Virus record (IMG/VR): IMGVR_UViG_3300020048_000083
Location: 1-64,000 of that record
DNA: 64,000 nucleotides
DNA from: a virus
Lineage: Duplodnaviria > Caudoviricetes
Direction: 5' to 3' (one strand)
Shown here piece by piece: positions 36,570-46,196 of the stretch; position 1 is the first letter of the stretch, and each line of letters starts with the position of its first letter. Under the pieces are notes generated by a model. That model was not told the DNA's origin. It ran no database searches and was given only the letters and a program-made list of their open reading frames with translations. The position numbers and the translations under genes are program-made.

Positions 36570-38395
36570 TAGGCTCTAATCGCCGTTGCGAATTTTGGTC
36601 TTATTGTAATATCTTTGTCTGGGAATCGCATTTGTAGTACCTGATTTTCCTCAGCGAATATGATTCCGTCAGTTGTATCTATTACTCGGTTCTGAACGTC
36701 TGAATACGGCTGCGATGTTGTGTTGAATGAATAATTGTCGCCAACCTTGTTAATAACTTTCATATAGCCGATATTTAGTACACCGCTAACGCTGTTGATA
36801 GCTTTCATTATATCGCCAGTGTACATACTCTTACCCATAGCCATTTTCTGCGTGTTGAATATATCGCTCACGTTGGTAATAATATTGGCTACCACGTTAA
36901 GGTAATTATCTTCGTTCATAAGCACCTCGGCTTCAATTGCAAGGTCTATAACCTGACCAGCTTGTACCAGCATAAAGTCGTTCATCATCCTGTATTCTGA
37001 CATATAAACGGCAATGTTTTCCATTAACGTAGAGTGTATTGTACTGTTTAATCTACCAGAGCTATCAAAAGATAATAGGTTAACTACTACTTTGTTTTGC
37101 TCCTGTGTAACACCTACTCTGGCGGGCGACCCGAACTTGGACGGCATAAGCGCTATCATAGTCTTGTAGTCTTCCAAACTAACAGCCCTTTCCTGAGCAG
37201 CAAAGTTATACCCAATGTAATACCTTAATTCTTCGATACTTGGTGCATCGGCGCCGCCAACAGCTGGTGTGACGTTAATACATTTAAGCGACGCTTGCAC
37301 GCCGCGAACGATCTGAGAATTCGGGCCTTTGTTGCTCATTATCGGGTTCGATATGTTGGTAATAACCCCGACACCAACGTTAGACTCAATACCGCCGCCA
37401 GTTCTATATTTCACATACATTGTGGTGTTAGGTCTTGGAGCCAGACCAAGGCTTTTGTTGTTTAAGAAAGACTTCAGGTCAACCACTCCGTTATACTGAA
37501 TAAATTCGTCCAGTATATCGGTGCTATCATCCGTAGCCGATCCAAAAGTAAGCACGCAATAACCTGTAGGGGTGTACTCGTAAATGAATCGTTTGTCAAC
37601 ACGCAGGTACTTTCCGTAGTATAAACCATTAGAAGACACAGGGCGCGACTTATCAACAACAAACACCTTATTTTCAGCTAACGACTTAACTGGGTACCAC
37701 CTCAAACTATCATTATTAAATTCATCATATGTGGGCTGATTGCTGTACCCGACGCCAGATTTTGATATAACACCGTCTACGCTCAATACATTTGTATCTG
37801 GAAGAATCAATTTGAAAAATGGATCAACCTGAGTTTCGCCAAACGTATAAGTATAAATCTTTGAGCTACCGTTAACAACCACGGCATTTTTCTTTATCGT
37901 ATAGCTTGTTAGCTTGCCGTTGTTATAGTTAGGTATCTTAACCCTATCATAGGCTCCCGTGGCACCGATCGGCGAAGAAAAATCTACGTCGAATATAGTT
38001 TCAAATACCTGCCCGTTACCTGTAAATTGACTCCCAGCTTTTAATATCGGTAAGTACCTTTCGTCTTCCGCGTCGCCGAATACAGGCACGTCTACGGCAA
38101 ACTCACAAATAGCCATACTTGCACTTCTGGTAGGAATTCGCAAACCGTAGGTCTTGGCTATATTATACAATGAACTACGCTGCTGAGCATAATCCAGTAC
38201 TGTTTCCTGCAAACTTCGGTCAATATTTTGGTGAAGGTTGTCAGCAATAGCGGCGTTCAGGTCAATGTAGACCGACATTATAGATGCGTCATTAAAGTTC
38301 TGAATTACTTCAGGATAATAACGCTTGATAAACGCCCGTTCCTCTTCTTGCAACGAAGCGAAATCTCTCTTAGAATATGAAATTTGTTTTGCCAT
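36569..38395 (-). CDS. Baseplate wedge protein (T4 gp6 / baseplate-J-like)
   Basis: SYSKRDFASL...ETVLDYAQQRSSLYNIAKTYG and GGADAPSIEELR...AQERAVSLEDY; follows the gp25-like gene. Confidence 0.88.
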   Translation of the reverse strand: MAKQISYSKRDFASLQEEERAFIKRYYPEVIQNFNDASIMSVYIDLNAAIADNLHQNIDRSLQETVLDYAQQRSSLYNIAKTYGLRIPTRSASMAICEFAVDVPVFGDAEDERYLPILKAGSQFTGNGQVFETIFDVDFSSPIGATGAYDRVKIPNYNNGKLTSYTIKKNAVVVNGSSKIYTYTFGETQVDPFFKLILPDTNVLSVDGVISKSGVGYSNQPTYDEFNNDSLRWYPVKSLAENKVFVVDKSRPVSSNGLYYGKYLRVDKRFIYEYTPTGYCVLTFGSATDDSTDILDEFIQYNGVVDLKSFLNNKSLGLAPRPNTTMYVKYRTGGGIESNVGVGVITNISNPIMSNKGPNSQIVRGVQASLKCINVTPAVGGADAPSIEELRYYIGYNFAAQERAVSLEDYKTMIALMPSKFGSPARVGVTQEQNKVVVNLLSFDSSGRLNSTIHSTLMENIAVYMSEYRMMNDFMLVQAGQVIDLAIEAEVLMNEDNYLNVVANIITNVSDIFNTQKMAMGKSMYTGDIMKAINSVSGVLNIGYMKVINKVGDNYSFNTTSQPYSDVQNRVIDTTDGIIFAEENQVLQMRFPDKDITIRPKFATAIRA

Positions 38396-38396
38396 T

Positions 38397-38807
38397 TTAC
38401 AAATTTAGTGTTACATTATCGGTAAAGTCAAAATTACCACTTACTACGCGGTAATCAATCGAAATAACTATTCGATACTTTTTATTTTCTGGTAGCTCAA
38501 TATCGTCGCCGTAATGGGTGATATTAATCGTTTTTATCTTAATATTGGGCATAAATTCGGTGGCAGCATCAGTAATCTCCTTCCTGATATCGTCGTCGTT
38601 CTCTGTGCTCTGCGGGTCAAACAAATATTGCCGCAAATTAGTGCCAAATTGTGGTAGAAAATATCGTTCACCCTTCATCGTCATTAGCAGGTGCACGAAA
38701 TTCGACTTTACCTCTTCGGACGCGGACTTGGTGAGCTTCAGGTAGTCACCCTCTGTGCTATCCTGAAACGGGAAGCTAACGCCTATGGTTTTTTTTCGTA
38801 TGGGCAT
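38397..38807 (-). CDS. Baseplate wedge subunit gp25-like (sheath initiator), 136 aa
   Basis: GVSFPF...VKSNFVHLLMTMKGERYFLPQFGTNLRQYLFDP. ATG 38807 chosen; the track extends to 38882 across the promoter motif. Confidence 0.9.
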   Translation of the reverse strand: MPIRKKTIGVSFPFQDSTEGDYLKLTKSASEEVKSNFVHLLMTMKGERYFLPQFGTNLRQYLFDPQSTENDDDIRKEITDAATEFMPNIKIKTINITHYGDDIELPENKKYRIVISIDYRVVSGNFDFTDNVTLNL

Positions 38808-38822
38808 CTTAAAGTATTTCCT

Positions 38823-38829
38823 ATAAATA
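38823..38829 (-). promoter_or_regulatory. TATTTAT putative late-promoter motif at the head of the baseplate operon
   Basis: Minus-strand CTATTTATAG, 15 nt before ATG 38807 and just downstream of the nrdJ terminator. Confidence 0.6.
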
Positions 38830-38887
38830 GTTTTGCGATCGATTTTATTACATAAAAGTAGCCAGAATATCGTAAAAGTCAATGCAT

Positions 38888-38914
38888 AAAAAAAGGGAGC
38901 CGTAAAGCCCCCTT
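38888..38914 (-). terminator. Rho-independent terminator after nrdJ
   Basis: Minus strand AAGGGGGC-TTTACG-GCTCCCTT followed by a U tract; includes one G-U pair. Confidence 0.75.
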
Positions 38915-38936
38915 CTTTTTTGATACGTGTTTAACG

Positions 38937-41462
38937 TTAACCGCACTTACTATATTCACCGCAGGTACACGTCAGGCAACCCTCTACGTACTGTAGCGTA
39001 GCGTCACAAACTGGACATTTACCTTCTTTTTTATCCTCGGTGCCATCCTTTATGTACCTTTTTAGTGTACGAACCACACCATTGAACCAAGTGTTAATAA
39101 CGTCGTCTTCGTGATTCAACGACTGAATAGTATGGATAAGGCTTACCAGATGCATACGGTTGCGTAATAAACCCGATATGAGCTTAGCGTATGTCCAGTA
39201 TGTAGGGTTAAATACTCGGTTCAAACCCCGTATTTCCTGTTCCATACCACCTTTATCGATGTATAGTACGTCATAACGTGATCCGTGTCCATTATCCTTT
39301 ACGCGGCGAATCTTACCCTTTTCAACATAGCTCGGAATAGGGAACTCTTCGGCTAAGCCCGTGAATATTTCATAAGGATATCCGCCAACGAAGCCAAGAA
39401 ATGCCACCCATTTCTCACTGTTATTCATAAATCTGATAACATCGCATTCCACAGTTTTTGGTCTGGGTAGTGCGTGAGTTTCAGCTACGTGAACGTGTTC
39501 CTTCGGTTTGTCGTTAGATATCAGCACACCGCTTCTACTGCCGTCACGGTACACCGTAACGCCTTTACAGCCACTTTCCCACGCAGTAAGGTAAACGTCG
39601 CTCACAAGCGCCTCAGTGACGTCTGCGGGCAAGTTTACAGTTACACTAATAGAATGGTCAACCCATTTTTGTATAGCACCCTGCATTTTAACCTTGGCTA
39701 CCCAGTCAATATCGTTGCTGGTAGCTTTGTAATATGGCGACTTTCTGATAATTTCGGTCAACATTTCATCCTTTAGGCTTGCCGCATTCTCAATGTCGTA
39801 ACCGTTAATACGCATCCAGTCAATAAACTTCGGGTGGAACACATTAAACTCTTCCCAAGAATCGCCAACTTCGTCCACGAATACAACCTTTACGTTTTTA
39901 TCGTTCGGATTTACCTTGCGGCGGCGTTTGTAGCTTACCATAAACACGGGCTCAATACCTGATGCAGTCTGGGTACATATACTTACACTACCTGTTGGGG
40001 CTATTGTAAGCATACTTATATTTCGGCGACCCTGCTTCTCAATTTTAGCGTATACTTCTGGCGCGGCTTCTTTGATACGGTTCATTAACGGGTTGTTGCG
40101 TTCGCGCTCTATATCAAAGATCGGGAATGCTCCACGTTCTGCGGCAAGGTCTGACGATGCGTCATACACGTTGATAGCCAGCATTTTGTGTACCATAACA
40201 CTAAACGCGGTTGCTTCATCAGTACCGTAACGCAATCCTAACGCAGCCAACATATCACCCTCGGCGGTTATACCGATACCTGTACGCCTGCCCTGAATAG
40301 ACTTCTCGCGAATCTTTATCCACAAGTTCCTTTCAATAGCTTTGGTTTCGTCGTCCTCTGGGTCGGCGTCAATCTTAGCCAAAATGCGGTCAACCTTTTC
40401 AATTTCCAAATCCACGATGTTATCCATAATGCGCAATGCGTAGTGTGCGTGTTTGGCGAATAATTCAAGGTCAAATACAGCGTGCGGGGTGAACGGGTTC
40501 TCAACATAGCTGTACAGGTTGATAGCGATCAATCGGCAACTATCATATGGGCATAAAGGTATCTCACCGCAAGGATTGGTTGAGAGTGTTTTAAAACCAT
40601 AGTCGGTATAACAATCAGGGATGGACTCTCGGATTATCGTGTCCCAGAATAATACTCCAGGTTCGGCGGACTTCCAAGCATTATGTATAATTTTATTCCA
40701 TAACCCCAAAGCGGCGACTTCCTTGGTTGTCGTTGGGTTGTCCGAGTCAATAGGATACTGTTGGGTATACTGTCCGCCAGATTTAACAGCATGCATAAAA
40801 TCATCGTCCAATTTAACAGAAACGTTGGCGCCAGTTACTTTACCCTGTTCCATTTTAGCATTAATGAAATTTTCACTATCAGGGTGTTTGATTGAAACAG
40901 ACAACATTAAAGCCCCGCGTCGTCCATCCTGAGCAACTTCGCGTGTCGAATTACTGTACCTCTCCATAAATGGCACTATACCAGTCGACGTGAGAGCGCT
41001 ATTAAGTACTCGGCTACCCGAAGGTCGTATGTGTGATAGATCGTGACCCACACCACCGCGACGTTTCATTAATTGAACCTGCTCCTGATCAACTTTCATT
41101 ATACCGCCATAGGAATCGTGATTGCCGTCGCCACCTATAACAAAACAGTTGGATAATGAAGAAACCTGAAAATTATTACCGATACCCGCCATAGGGCTAC
41201 CTTGGGGGATAATGTATCGAAAATTACGAAATAGTTCGAAGAATTCATCCTCACTCATTGGATTGGGATAATTTGCGTCTATTCTCGCAACTTCCGAGGC
41301 TAAACGACGATGCATATCGTTTGGATTGAGTTCGTAAATATTTCCGTCACTATCTTTCAGCGCGTACTTGTTCATCCACACACTAGCGGCAAGTGCATCA
41401 CCATCAAAATAGGTCGTGGCTGTAGCCAGCACCTCTTCGGGGGTGTATTTTTTTACTTCCAT
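38937..41462 (-). CDS. nrdJ: Adenosylcobalamin-dependent (class II) ribonucleoside-diphosphate reductase
   Basis: IPQGSPMAG, SLSNCFV, RRGGVG, TNPCGEIPL, TIAPTGS, GCKGVTVYRDGSR; C-terminal TSCPD-like domain and Cys ribbon; Bacteroides-style N-terminus YFDGDALAASVWMNKYALKD. Confidence 0.96.
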   Translation of the reverse strand: MEVKKYTPEEVLATATTYFDGDALAASVWMNKYALKDSDGNIYELNPNDMHRRLASEVARIDANYPNPMSEDEFFELFRNFRYIIPQGSPMAGIGNNFQVSSLSNCFVIGGDGNHDSYGGIMKVDQEQVQLMKRRGGVGHDLSHIRPSGSRVLNSALTSTGIVPFMERYSNSTREVAQDGRRGALMLSVSIKHPDSENFINAKMEQGKVTGANVSVKLDDDFMHAVKSGGQYTQQYPIDSDNPTTTKEVAALGLWNKIIHNAWKSAEPGVLFWDTIIRESIPDCYTDYGFKTLSTNPCGEIPLCPYDSCRLIAINLYSYVENPFTPHAVFDLELFAKHAHYALRIMDNIVDLEIEKVDRILAKIDADPEDDETKAIERNLWIKIREKSIQGRRTGIGITAEGDMLAALGLRYGTDEATAFSVMVHKMLAINVYDASSDLAAERGAFPIFDIERERNNPLMNRIKEAAPEVYAKIEKQGRRNISMLTIAPTGSVSICTQTASGIEPVFMVSYKRRRKVNPNDKNVKVVFVDEVGDSWEEFNVFHPKFIDWMRINGYDIENAASLKDEMLTEIIRKSPYYKATSNDIDWVAKVKMQGAIQKWVDHSISVTVNLPADVTEALVSDVYLTAWESGCKGVTVYRDGSRSGVLISNDKPKEHVHVAETHALPRPKTVECDVIRFMNNSEKWVAFLGFVGGYPYEIFTGLAEEFPIPSYVEKGKIRRVKDNGHGSRYDVLYIDKGGMEQEIRGLNRVFNPTYWTYAKLISGLLRNRMHLVSLIHTIQSLNHEDDVINTWFNGVVRTLKRYIKDGTEDKKEGKCPVCDATLQYVEGCLTCTCGEYSKCG

Positions 41463-41483
41463 TGTTGTATTTGTTTTATTGAG

Positions 41484-42935
41484 TTACACTTTATTAAATT
41501 CTTGGTTCACTGGTAGTGTATTGGCTGCATGTCGTGCGGCGTCTTCACGCCTCACTTGTGCAACTACTTCAAGTATACGCTCAGATTGTCTATGCGTTTG
41601 ATTTGCGGAAAATGTGTCAAACGATTCTTCTTCCGTGGTATCAATAAGCATTCTGGAATTATTGAATACACAATTTTCGAATACCTTCCCGTCGTCACCA
41701 AACCTACTTTTTAATATAGCAATTGTAGCAAGCTTTTGATCACGTTGCTGAAGCGTCTTTGCGATTGACATAATAAAGTGAGCTACCTGAGCTTTCTTAA
41801 TATTTCCGCCAATCATATCAACTTCAACAACGGCGGCTGTTGTACTCTTACGTCCACCTTGTACCGCTGTCCACATTGCAACATTAAATTCCTCAGCCAT
41901 ACCTTCAAGCTGGCGCATAGTTTTACCTTCACCTGTCCACTCTTCGGAATCTTTACCTTGCTCGCCAACAATACAATCGGCATAATCAATGATAACCAAA
42001 TCCAGTTTACCGCCTAGCTTATTCTTTTCTCGTTTTATAATGCGACGAAGTTTGGCTACATTTACGGTGTCGGCATGCAGTTTTTCAAATATAAGCCTAC
42101 CGTTAGGTAGACTTTCTTTAATTTCCGTGGCTTTACGTAGAATGAAGTCTTTATTTTCGTTAAGTTTCTCAAGCTCTATATTAGACCAATGGCACAGGTA
42201 TTTACGACGGACTTCATCTAATTTATCTTCAAAAAAGATATGCAGCACGTTAAACCCAGCTTTGTATGCGTTTGAACCAATAATCGATAAGTATGTAGTT
42301 TTACCGACACCAAGAGGGGCAATTACAACAGCAAGCTCCTGCCTGCCTAGCCCACCGTTGGTTATTTTATCGATACCAGCAATACCTGTTGGAATCACCT
42401 CTCGGTAATTTTCGTCCAGAGCATGCTCTAACCCACTAAAAAAGTCAACACCTTCATCCGACTCTTTAAAGGTTATAGCCTTACGAATAATATCCTCAAT
42501 GTCGTCGTACTCTTTGTAGTAACCGTTATCCAGTTTTTTCTTAACAGCGTCTACAGTATTCCTAACCTTTTGAAATTTACAAAAAGTTAAGGCAATTTTC
42601 GGTATATCCAAACTAACCAATTCACAATTCTTTATACCAGCTAAGGTATCTGTCAGCGTTTTCTTGGTTTCTGGTACATCACCATAATTATCATCAATAG
42701 ATACTTGGATTCCAGCGTAGCTAGGTATTACTTCGTGTCTGCCATGGTAGTCTTTAATCAATTTGACGATATATCCAAAGTAATTATTTTTGAAATAATC
42801 TTTGTCTATAAGGTCAATGATTTCAATACCAAATTTATGATTGGTGATGATTTCAGCAATCAAAGACTGCTGAAATTCAACACCAAAATCTGTAATACTT
42901 TTAGGCTTTTGCGGTAAGTCCTGTGTTTTCTGCAT
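41484..42935 (-). CDS. dnaB: Replicative DNA helicase (DnaB/gp41-like)
   Basis: Walker A APLGVGKTT, Walker B IIDYADCI, WTAVQGGR and ILKSRFG. Confidence 0.93.
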   Translation of the reverse strand: MQKTQDLPQKPKSITDFGVEFQQSLIAEIITNHKFGIEIIDLIDKDYFKNNYFGYIVKLIKDYHGRHEVIPSYAGIQVSIDDNYGDVPETKKTLTDTLAGIKNCELVSLDIPKIALTFCKFQKVRNTVDAVKKKLDNGYYKEYDDIEDIIRKAITFKESDEGVDFFSGLEHALDENYREVIPTGIAGIDKITNGGLGRQELAVVIAPLGVGKTTYLSIIGSNAYKAGFNVLHIFFEDKLDEVRRKYLCHWSNIELEKLNENKDFILRKATEIKESLPNGRLIFEKLHADTVNVAKLRRIIKREKNKLGGKLDLVIIDYADCIVGEQGKDSEEWTGEGKTMRQLEGMAEEFNVAMWTAVQGGRKSTTAAVVEVDMIGGNIKKAQVAHFIMSIAKTLQQRDQKLATIAILKSRFGDDGKVFENCVFNNSRMLIDTTEEESFDTFSANQTHRQSERILEVVAQVRREDAARHAANTLPVNQEFNKV

Positions 42936-43461
42936 CTGCTTGTAATATTAGGTTATAACGTGCAAACACAATGTTATCTTTCTTGCTTCTGGTTACAAAC
43001 TCTGTAGTAAGCATTCTGCTTGGTAGTGACAGTGCGTTCTGTATTTGGCTAATAATACGGGCAATATACTTTTTAATATTGACGTCGTAACGAATTTTGG
43101 CTGGATAAATATTAGCCGACCAACCGCTTTCGATAACTACTTTACCATTCACTTTTACCTGAAAAGTGTATCGGTCATCGTTCGTGTTGCGGTCAAAATT
43201 TGGATCATCAGCAAAGTAGTACTTATACTCGTCCATAAAGTCGAGCGTCCTGCTTTTCATTTCACCTTGGATAATTTCTACGCAATCATCCACCGCGTAT
43301 TTAAGTTCCAAGCTTGAACAGGCTTCAGGGTTATATTTATTAACTGTGAAGAACCTCTGAACAATGATATTATCATTTATTTTGAACAGAAATTCATAAG
43401 GCTCTTTGAAGCTTCTTGAACGTTCAACGAGCGTTTGCGATAAATTAGGGTTTCCCATCAT
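42901..43461 (-). CDS. Hypothetical protein (186 aa) in the replication cluster
   Basis: ORF track; lies between the exonuclease and the helicase. Confidence 0.75.
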   Translation of the reverse strand: MMGNPNLSQTLVERSRSFKEPYEFLFKINDNIIVQRFFTVNKYNPEACSSLELKYAVDDCVEIIQGEMKSRTLDFMDEYKYYFADDPNFDRNTNDDRYTFQVKVNGKVVIESGWSANIYPAKIRYDVNIKKYIARIISQIQNALSLPSRMLTTEFVTRSKKDNIVFARYNLILQADAENTGLTAKA

Positions 43462-43468
43462 CGTATAA

Positions 43469-44527
43469 TTATTTGGTTAGTAAGCATTGTTTATAATAAT
43501 CCAACTCTTTTTTTATAATGGTGTTAAACGGTTGCCAATATTCAAAAAAAGCCTCGTCATTATTGCTATTATTGATTCTTATCCCATCTTCCAAAAACAT
43601 ATTAAGTACTTTCTTTACACCGCCCCTGCCTTCTGGGTCGATTGGCGAATCCTTAACATCTTCCAAGTCCTGAATGCCAACATCTGTTAGGTGCGGCGGA
43701 TTAAGGCTGATGATAGTTTTCATCACAGCGAAGTAATCGGCGCCGTAGGTTCCCCACTTTGTTTGACCGTCTACGATCTTGGTTACAGCATTGTTGTTTG
43801 GTTGTTCTGTTAGTAGTTGCTGGGCTCTTTCTTGAACCCATTCAATATCTTTGGCTTCTGTTTTTAGCTCAGGGAATATGTTAAGTACGGTCTTTTCCGC
43901 TATGCCCTCGATCCCAGATATATTATCCGCTGGATCGCCCCCAATCATCTTGATTAACGCCACATTCCTGTGATGGTAGGGGAAGTGTTGATGAAAGTTC
44001 TTTTGCGTTACTATAAACTTTCTGGTAAAGTCAGCCAAATATACCTCAGTATCTTCGGATAGTAACTGCAATAAGTCTTTATCGTTTGTGAAAACTATTT
44101 TGTGTTCGTTGGGTGAGTTTTGTACGTAGTATGCGATACAGTCGTCGGCTTCGGATTCGTTTTCCTGAATCTGCCGTATATGCAGTTCTTCTAGGTATTC
44201 TTTAATGCGTCTACGCTGAAATTGTAAATCGGAATATTCGTCGTCTGATAGGTTATACAGCGCGTCCCTATTCGCTTTGTAATACGGATAAAAGCTTTGT
44301 CGATAAGCCCGCGAATTATCCCCTTCCCAAAACACCACAACCTTAGTTATAGCATATTCCATATAAAACTTCCGAATTGTGTTCAGAAAATTATATATTG
44401 TGTATACCCTACCCCTTTCGGTTATGGTGTTTTTCGTGCCGAAGAAGCTTATTTTTAGTAATACTTCCCCATCAATAAGAAGAGTTTTTGTTTTAACAAC
44501 TCGCTTGTTAATCGTCCGATGAATCAT
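43469..44527 (-). CDS. 5'-3' exonuclease / RNase H (T4 rnh, PolI 5'-nuclease family)
   Basis: LLIDG, EADDCIAY, NDKDLLQL and H3TH motif GDPADNISGIEGIAEKT. Confidence 0.92.
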   Translation of the reverse strand: MIHRTINKRVVKTKTLLIDGEVLLKISFFGTKNTITERGRVYTIYNFLNTIRKFYMEYAITKVVVFWEGDNSRAYRQSFYPYYKANRDALYNLSDDEYSDLQFQRRRIKEYLEELHIRQIQENESEADDCIAYYVQNSPNEHKIVFTNDKDLLQLLSEDTEVYLADFTRKFIVTQKNFHQHFPYHHRNVALIKMIGGDPADNISGIEGIAEKTVLNIFPELKTEAKDIEWVQERAQQLLTEQPNNNAVTKIVDGQTKWGTYGADYFAVMKTIISLNPPHLTDVGIQDLEDVKDSPIDPEGRGGVKKVLNMFLEDGIRINNSNNDEAFFEYWQPFNTIIKKELDYYKQCLLTK

Positions 44528-45581
44528 CTGCTTGATTCTTATAGGATGAAAGATCGGCTATTTGTTTCGATAGCTTGTTGGCTTCCGAAGCATTTTCGTC
44601 GATTAAGTCAAAATCGGTACCAGTGTCGATGCCAAGAAATTCTTTCCAGTATTCATTGTAATCTTCCTTGTACTTTTTAATAGCGGCGTCGCTATTTAGA
44701 ATAAAGTCGTGCGGCGTGATGATAATATAACCATCCTCGTAGCCCAGACCGTTTATGTGGTTCTTTTTAACCGAAACTTTAGTTCGGGTTGCAAATTTGA
44801 TTTTACGTCCCGCTTTGGTTGCGCTTACGGCTGATGTGCCAGCGTTTTCAATATTACCAAATTGGAACACCAGTGTTGCGTTAAGGTATACAGCGTTACC
44901 GCCTTTACCCTGCATTCTGGATTTAGACATAGGGTTGCTCATATCTTTCCATACCCACGGTTGTACAACCAGTGTTAATGTATTAGCATATGGCTTGCTT
45001 AGTTTTCTTGAAGACGTAATCCTACGGTTCAAACCCATACCGATTTTGTCAGCAAGTACACCAGCCGTATGCTGTTTACCGCCCTTACCTTCCCATGTTA
45101 ATTTGCAAGGTACAGAGCCAATAGAATCCCAAAAGAAGTCTAAGCCCCAAGGCAAATCGCCTTTTTCCTGCTTATCAAGCATAGCGTTAATAAAGTCTGT
45201 AATTTTTTCAACATACTCGAAATCGTCACGGAAGACGAATTTACCTTTCCATTTGTCTGGCTCATATTCTTCGCAGTCAAAACCCATTAGTTTAGCGTGC
45301 GCAAAGCTCCACTTTTCTTCTGTGACAATGAGAATAGGTAATCGACCCATTTTCTGGGAAGCGATCATAGCTTTTATCAGAGCAGCGGTTTTCCCGCTAT
45401 CGGAGTGACCAATGAACTCATTGATATGTCCGATAGCAGGGCCCGCCAGTCCTGTCACCTCAGCAAAAGCTTCACCACAGTTCAAATATTCCTGTGGTTT
45501 GTATTCGGTGCTTGAGCTAAGCTCTGCGAACAGCGCGTCAGCATCAAACTCTTTCTTTTTCAAAGCAGTTTTGTTAGGCAT
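44508..45581 (-). CDS. recA: RecA/UvsX-like recombinase
   Basis: Walker A GHSDSGKT, Walker B FFWDSIGS, KGGNAV and VKKNHI. Confidence 0.9.
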   Translation of the reverse strand: MPNKTALKKKEFDADALFAELSSSTEYKPQEYLNCGEAFAEVTGLAGPAIGHINEFIGHSDSGKTAALIKAMIASQKMGRLPILIVTEEKWSFAHAKLMGFDCEEYEPDKWKGKFVFRDDFEYVEKITDFINAMLDKQEKGDLPWGLDFFWDSIGSVPCKLTWEGKGGKQHTAGVLADKIGMGLNRRITSSRKLSKPYANTLTLVVQPWVWKDMSNPMSKSRMQGKGGNAVYLNATLVFQFGNIENAGTSAVSATKAGRKIKFATRTKVSVKKNHINGLGYEDGYIIITPHDFILNSDAAIKKYKEDYNEYWKEFLGIDTGTDFDLIDENASEANKLSKQIADLSSYKNQADDSSDD

Positions 45582-45586
45582 AAGTT

Positions 45587-46117
45587 CTACTTTTCTTTGT
45601 TTTTTAATTTTGTTAACAATTCAATGTGTTTTTCTTTACTATCTAAAATACAACCGTCTAAATTTTGAAACAACATCGTTTTTTGGTCGTACTTAATATG
45701 TCGGTGTAGTAAATAATGGTCTTTTAGTGTTAATTCTAAAACATCCAACCAATCTTTTTGATTATACGACCAATGATGCGAATTAAACCCAGCAGTCTTT
45801 GTTAAGTATATTTCAACATATTTTGCTGCCAGAGCTTTTTCTGGATATTTTTGGTTATACTTTCTTATTTGTTCTCGTTTCTGTTCACGTGTAGGTTTAT
45901 ATTTTTTATAACCTAAACGATAGTACTTATCACGACCTCGCTTTCGTTCTCCCTCAACCCACGTTTCATCATTTCTTAATTCCCTTTGTCTTGTTGTTAC
46001 GTCGTTCTTTGTACAAGAAATGCATTTATTCAAATGCCCATCTGACATTTTTTTATGTTCGTAGAACTCAGATAGCGGGTAATCTTTTCCACATTTAAAA
46101 CATAATTTCATTTTCAT
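45587..46117 (-). CDS. Free-standing putative HNH-type (zinc-finger) homing endonuclease
   Basis: CFKC...LSEFY...DGHLNKCISC zinc finger, basic helical region, C-terminal HHWSY...LKDHYLLHR. Confidence 0.65.
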   Translation of the reverse strand: MKMKLCFKCGKDYPLSEFYEHKKMSDGHLNKCISCTKNDVTTRQRELRNDETWVEGERKRGRDKYYRLGYKKYKPTREQKREQIRKYNQKYPEKALAAKYVEIYLTKTAGFNSHHWSYNQKDWLDVLELTLKDHYLLHRHIKYDQKTMLFQNLDGCILDSKEKHIELLTKLKNKEK

Positions 46118-46147
46118 ATCTTTTTAACTTTTCGAAATATTATAGTT

Positions 46148-46154
46148 ATAAATA
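46148..46154 (-). promoter_or_regulatory. TATTTAT putative late-promoter motif
   Basis: Minus-strand GATATTTATAA, 30 nt before ATG 46117. Confidence 0.5.
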
Positions 46155-46166
46155 TCTCGAAAAGTT

Positions 46167-46193
46167 AAAAAGGTAGAAACTTTTTTTTTTACC
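46167..46193 (-). terminator. Weak possible terminator after the SSB gene
   Basis: Minus strand GGTAAAAA...TTTCTACC followed by TTTTT; one mismatch and an AT-rich stem. Confidence 0.35.
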
Positions 46194-46196
46194 GTT

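Noticed and set aside
2780-38882. Longer ORF-track starts for 2812, 15230 (primase), 17340 (GIY-YIG), 32531 and 38882 (gp25)
   Set aside because: These extensions overlap upstream genes or run across promoter motifs. Downstream ATGs (2779, 15092, 17280, 32525, 38807) fit the coupling pattern and domain starts better.
38937-45581. Inteins in NrdJ, DnaB-like helicase or RecA
   Set aside because: Lengths are normal, and I saw no C/S...HN-C/S/T splice junctions or LAGLIDADG blocks.
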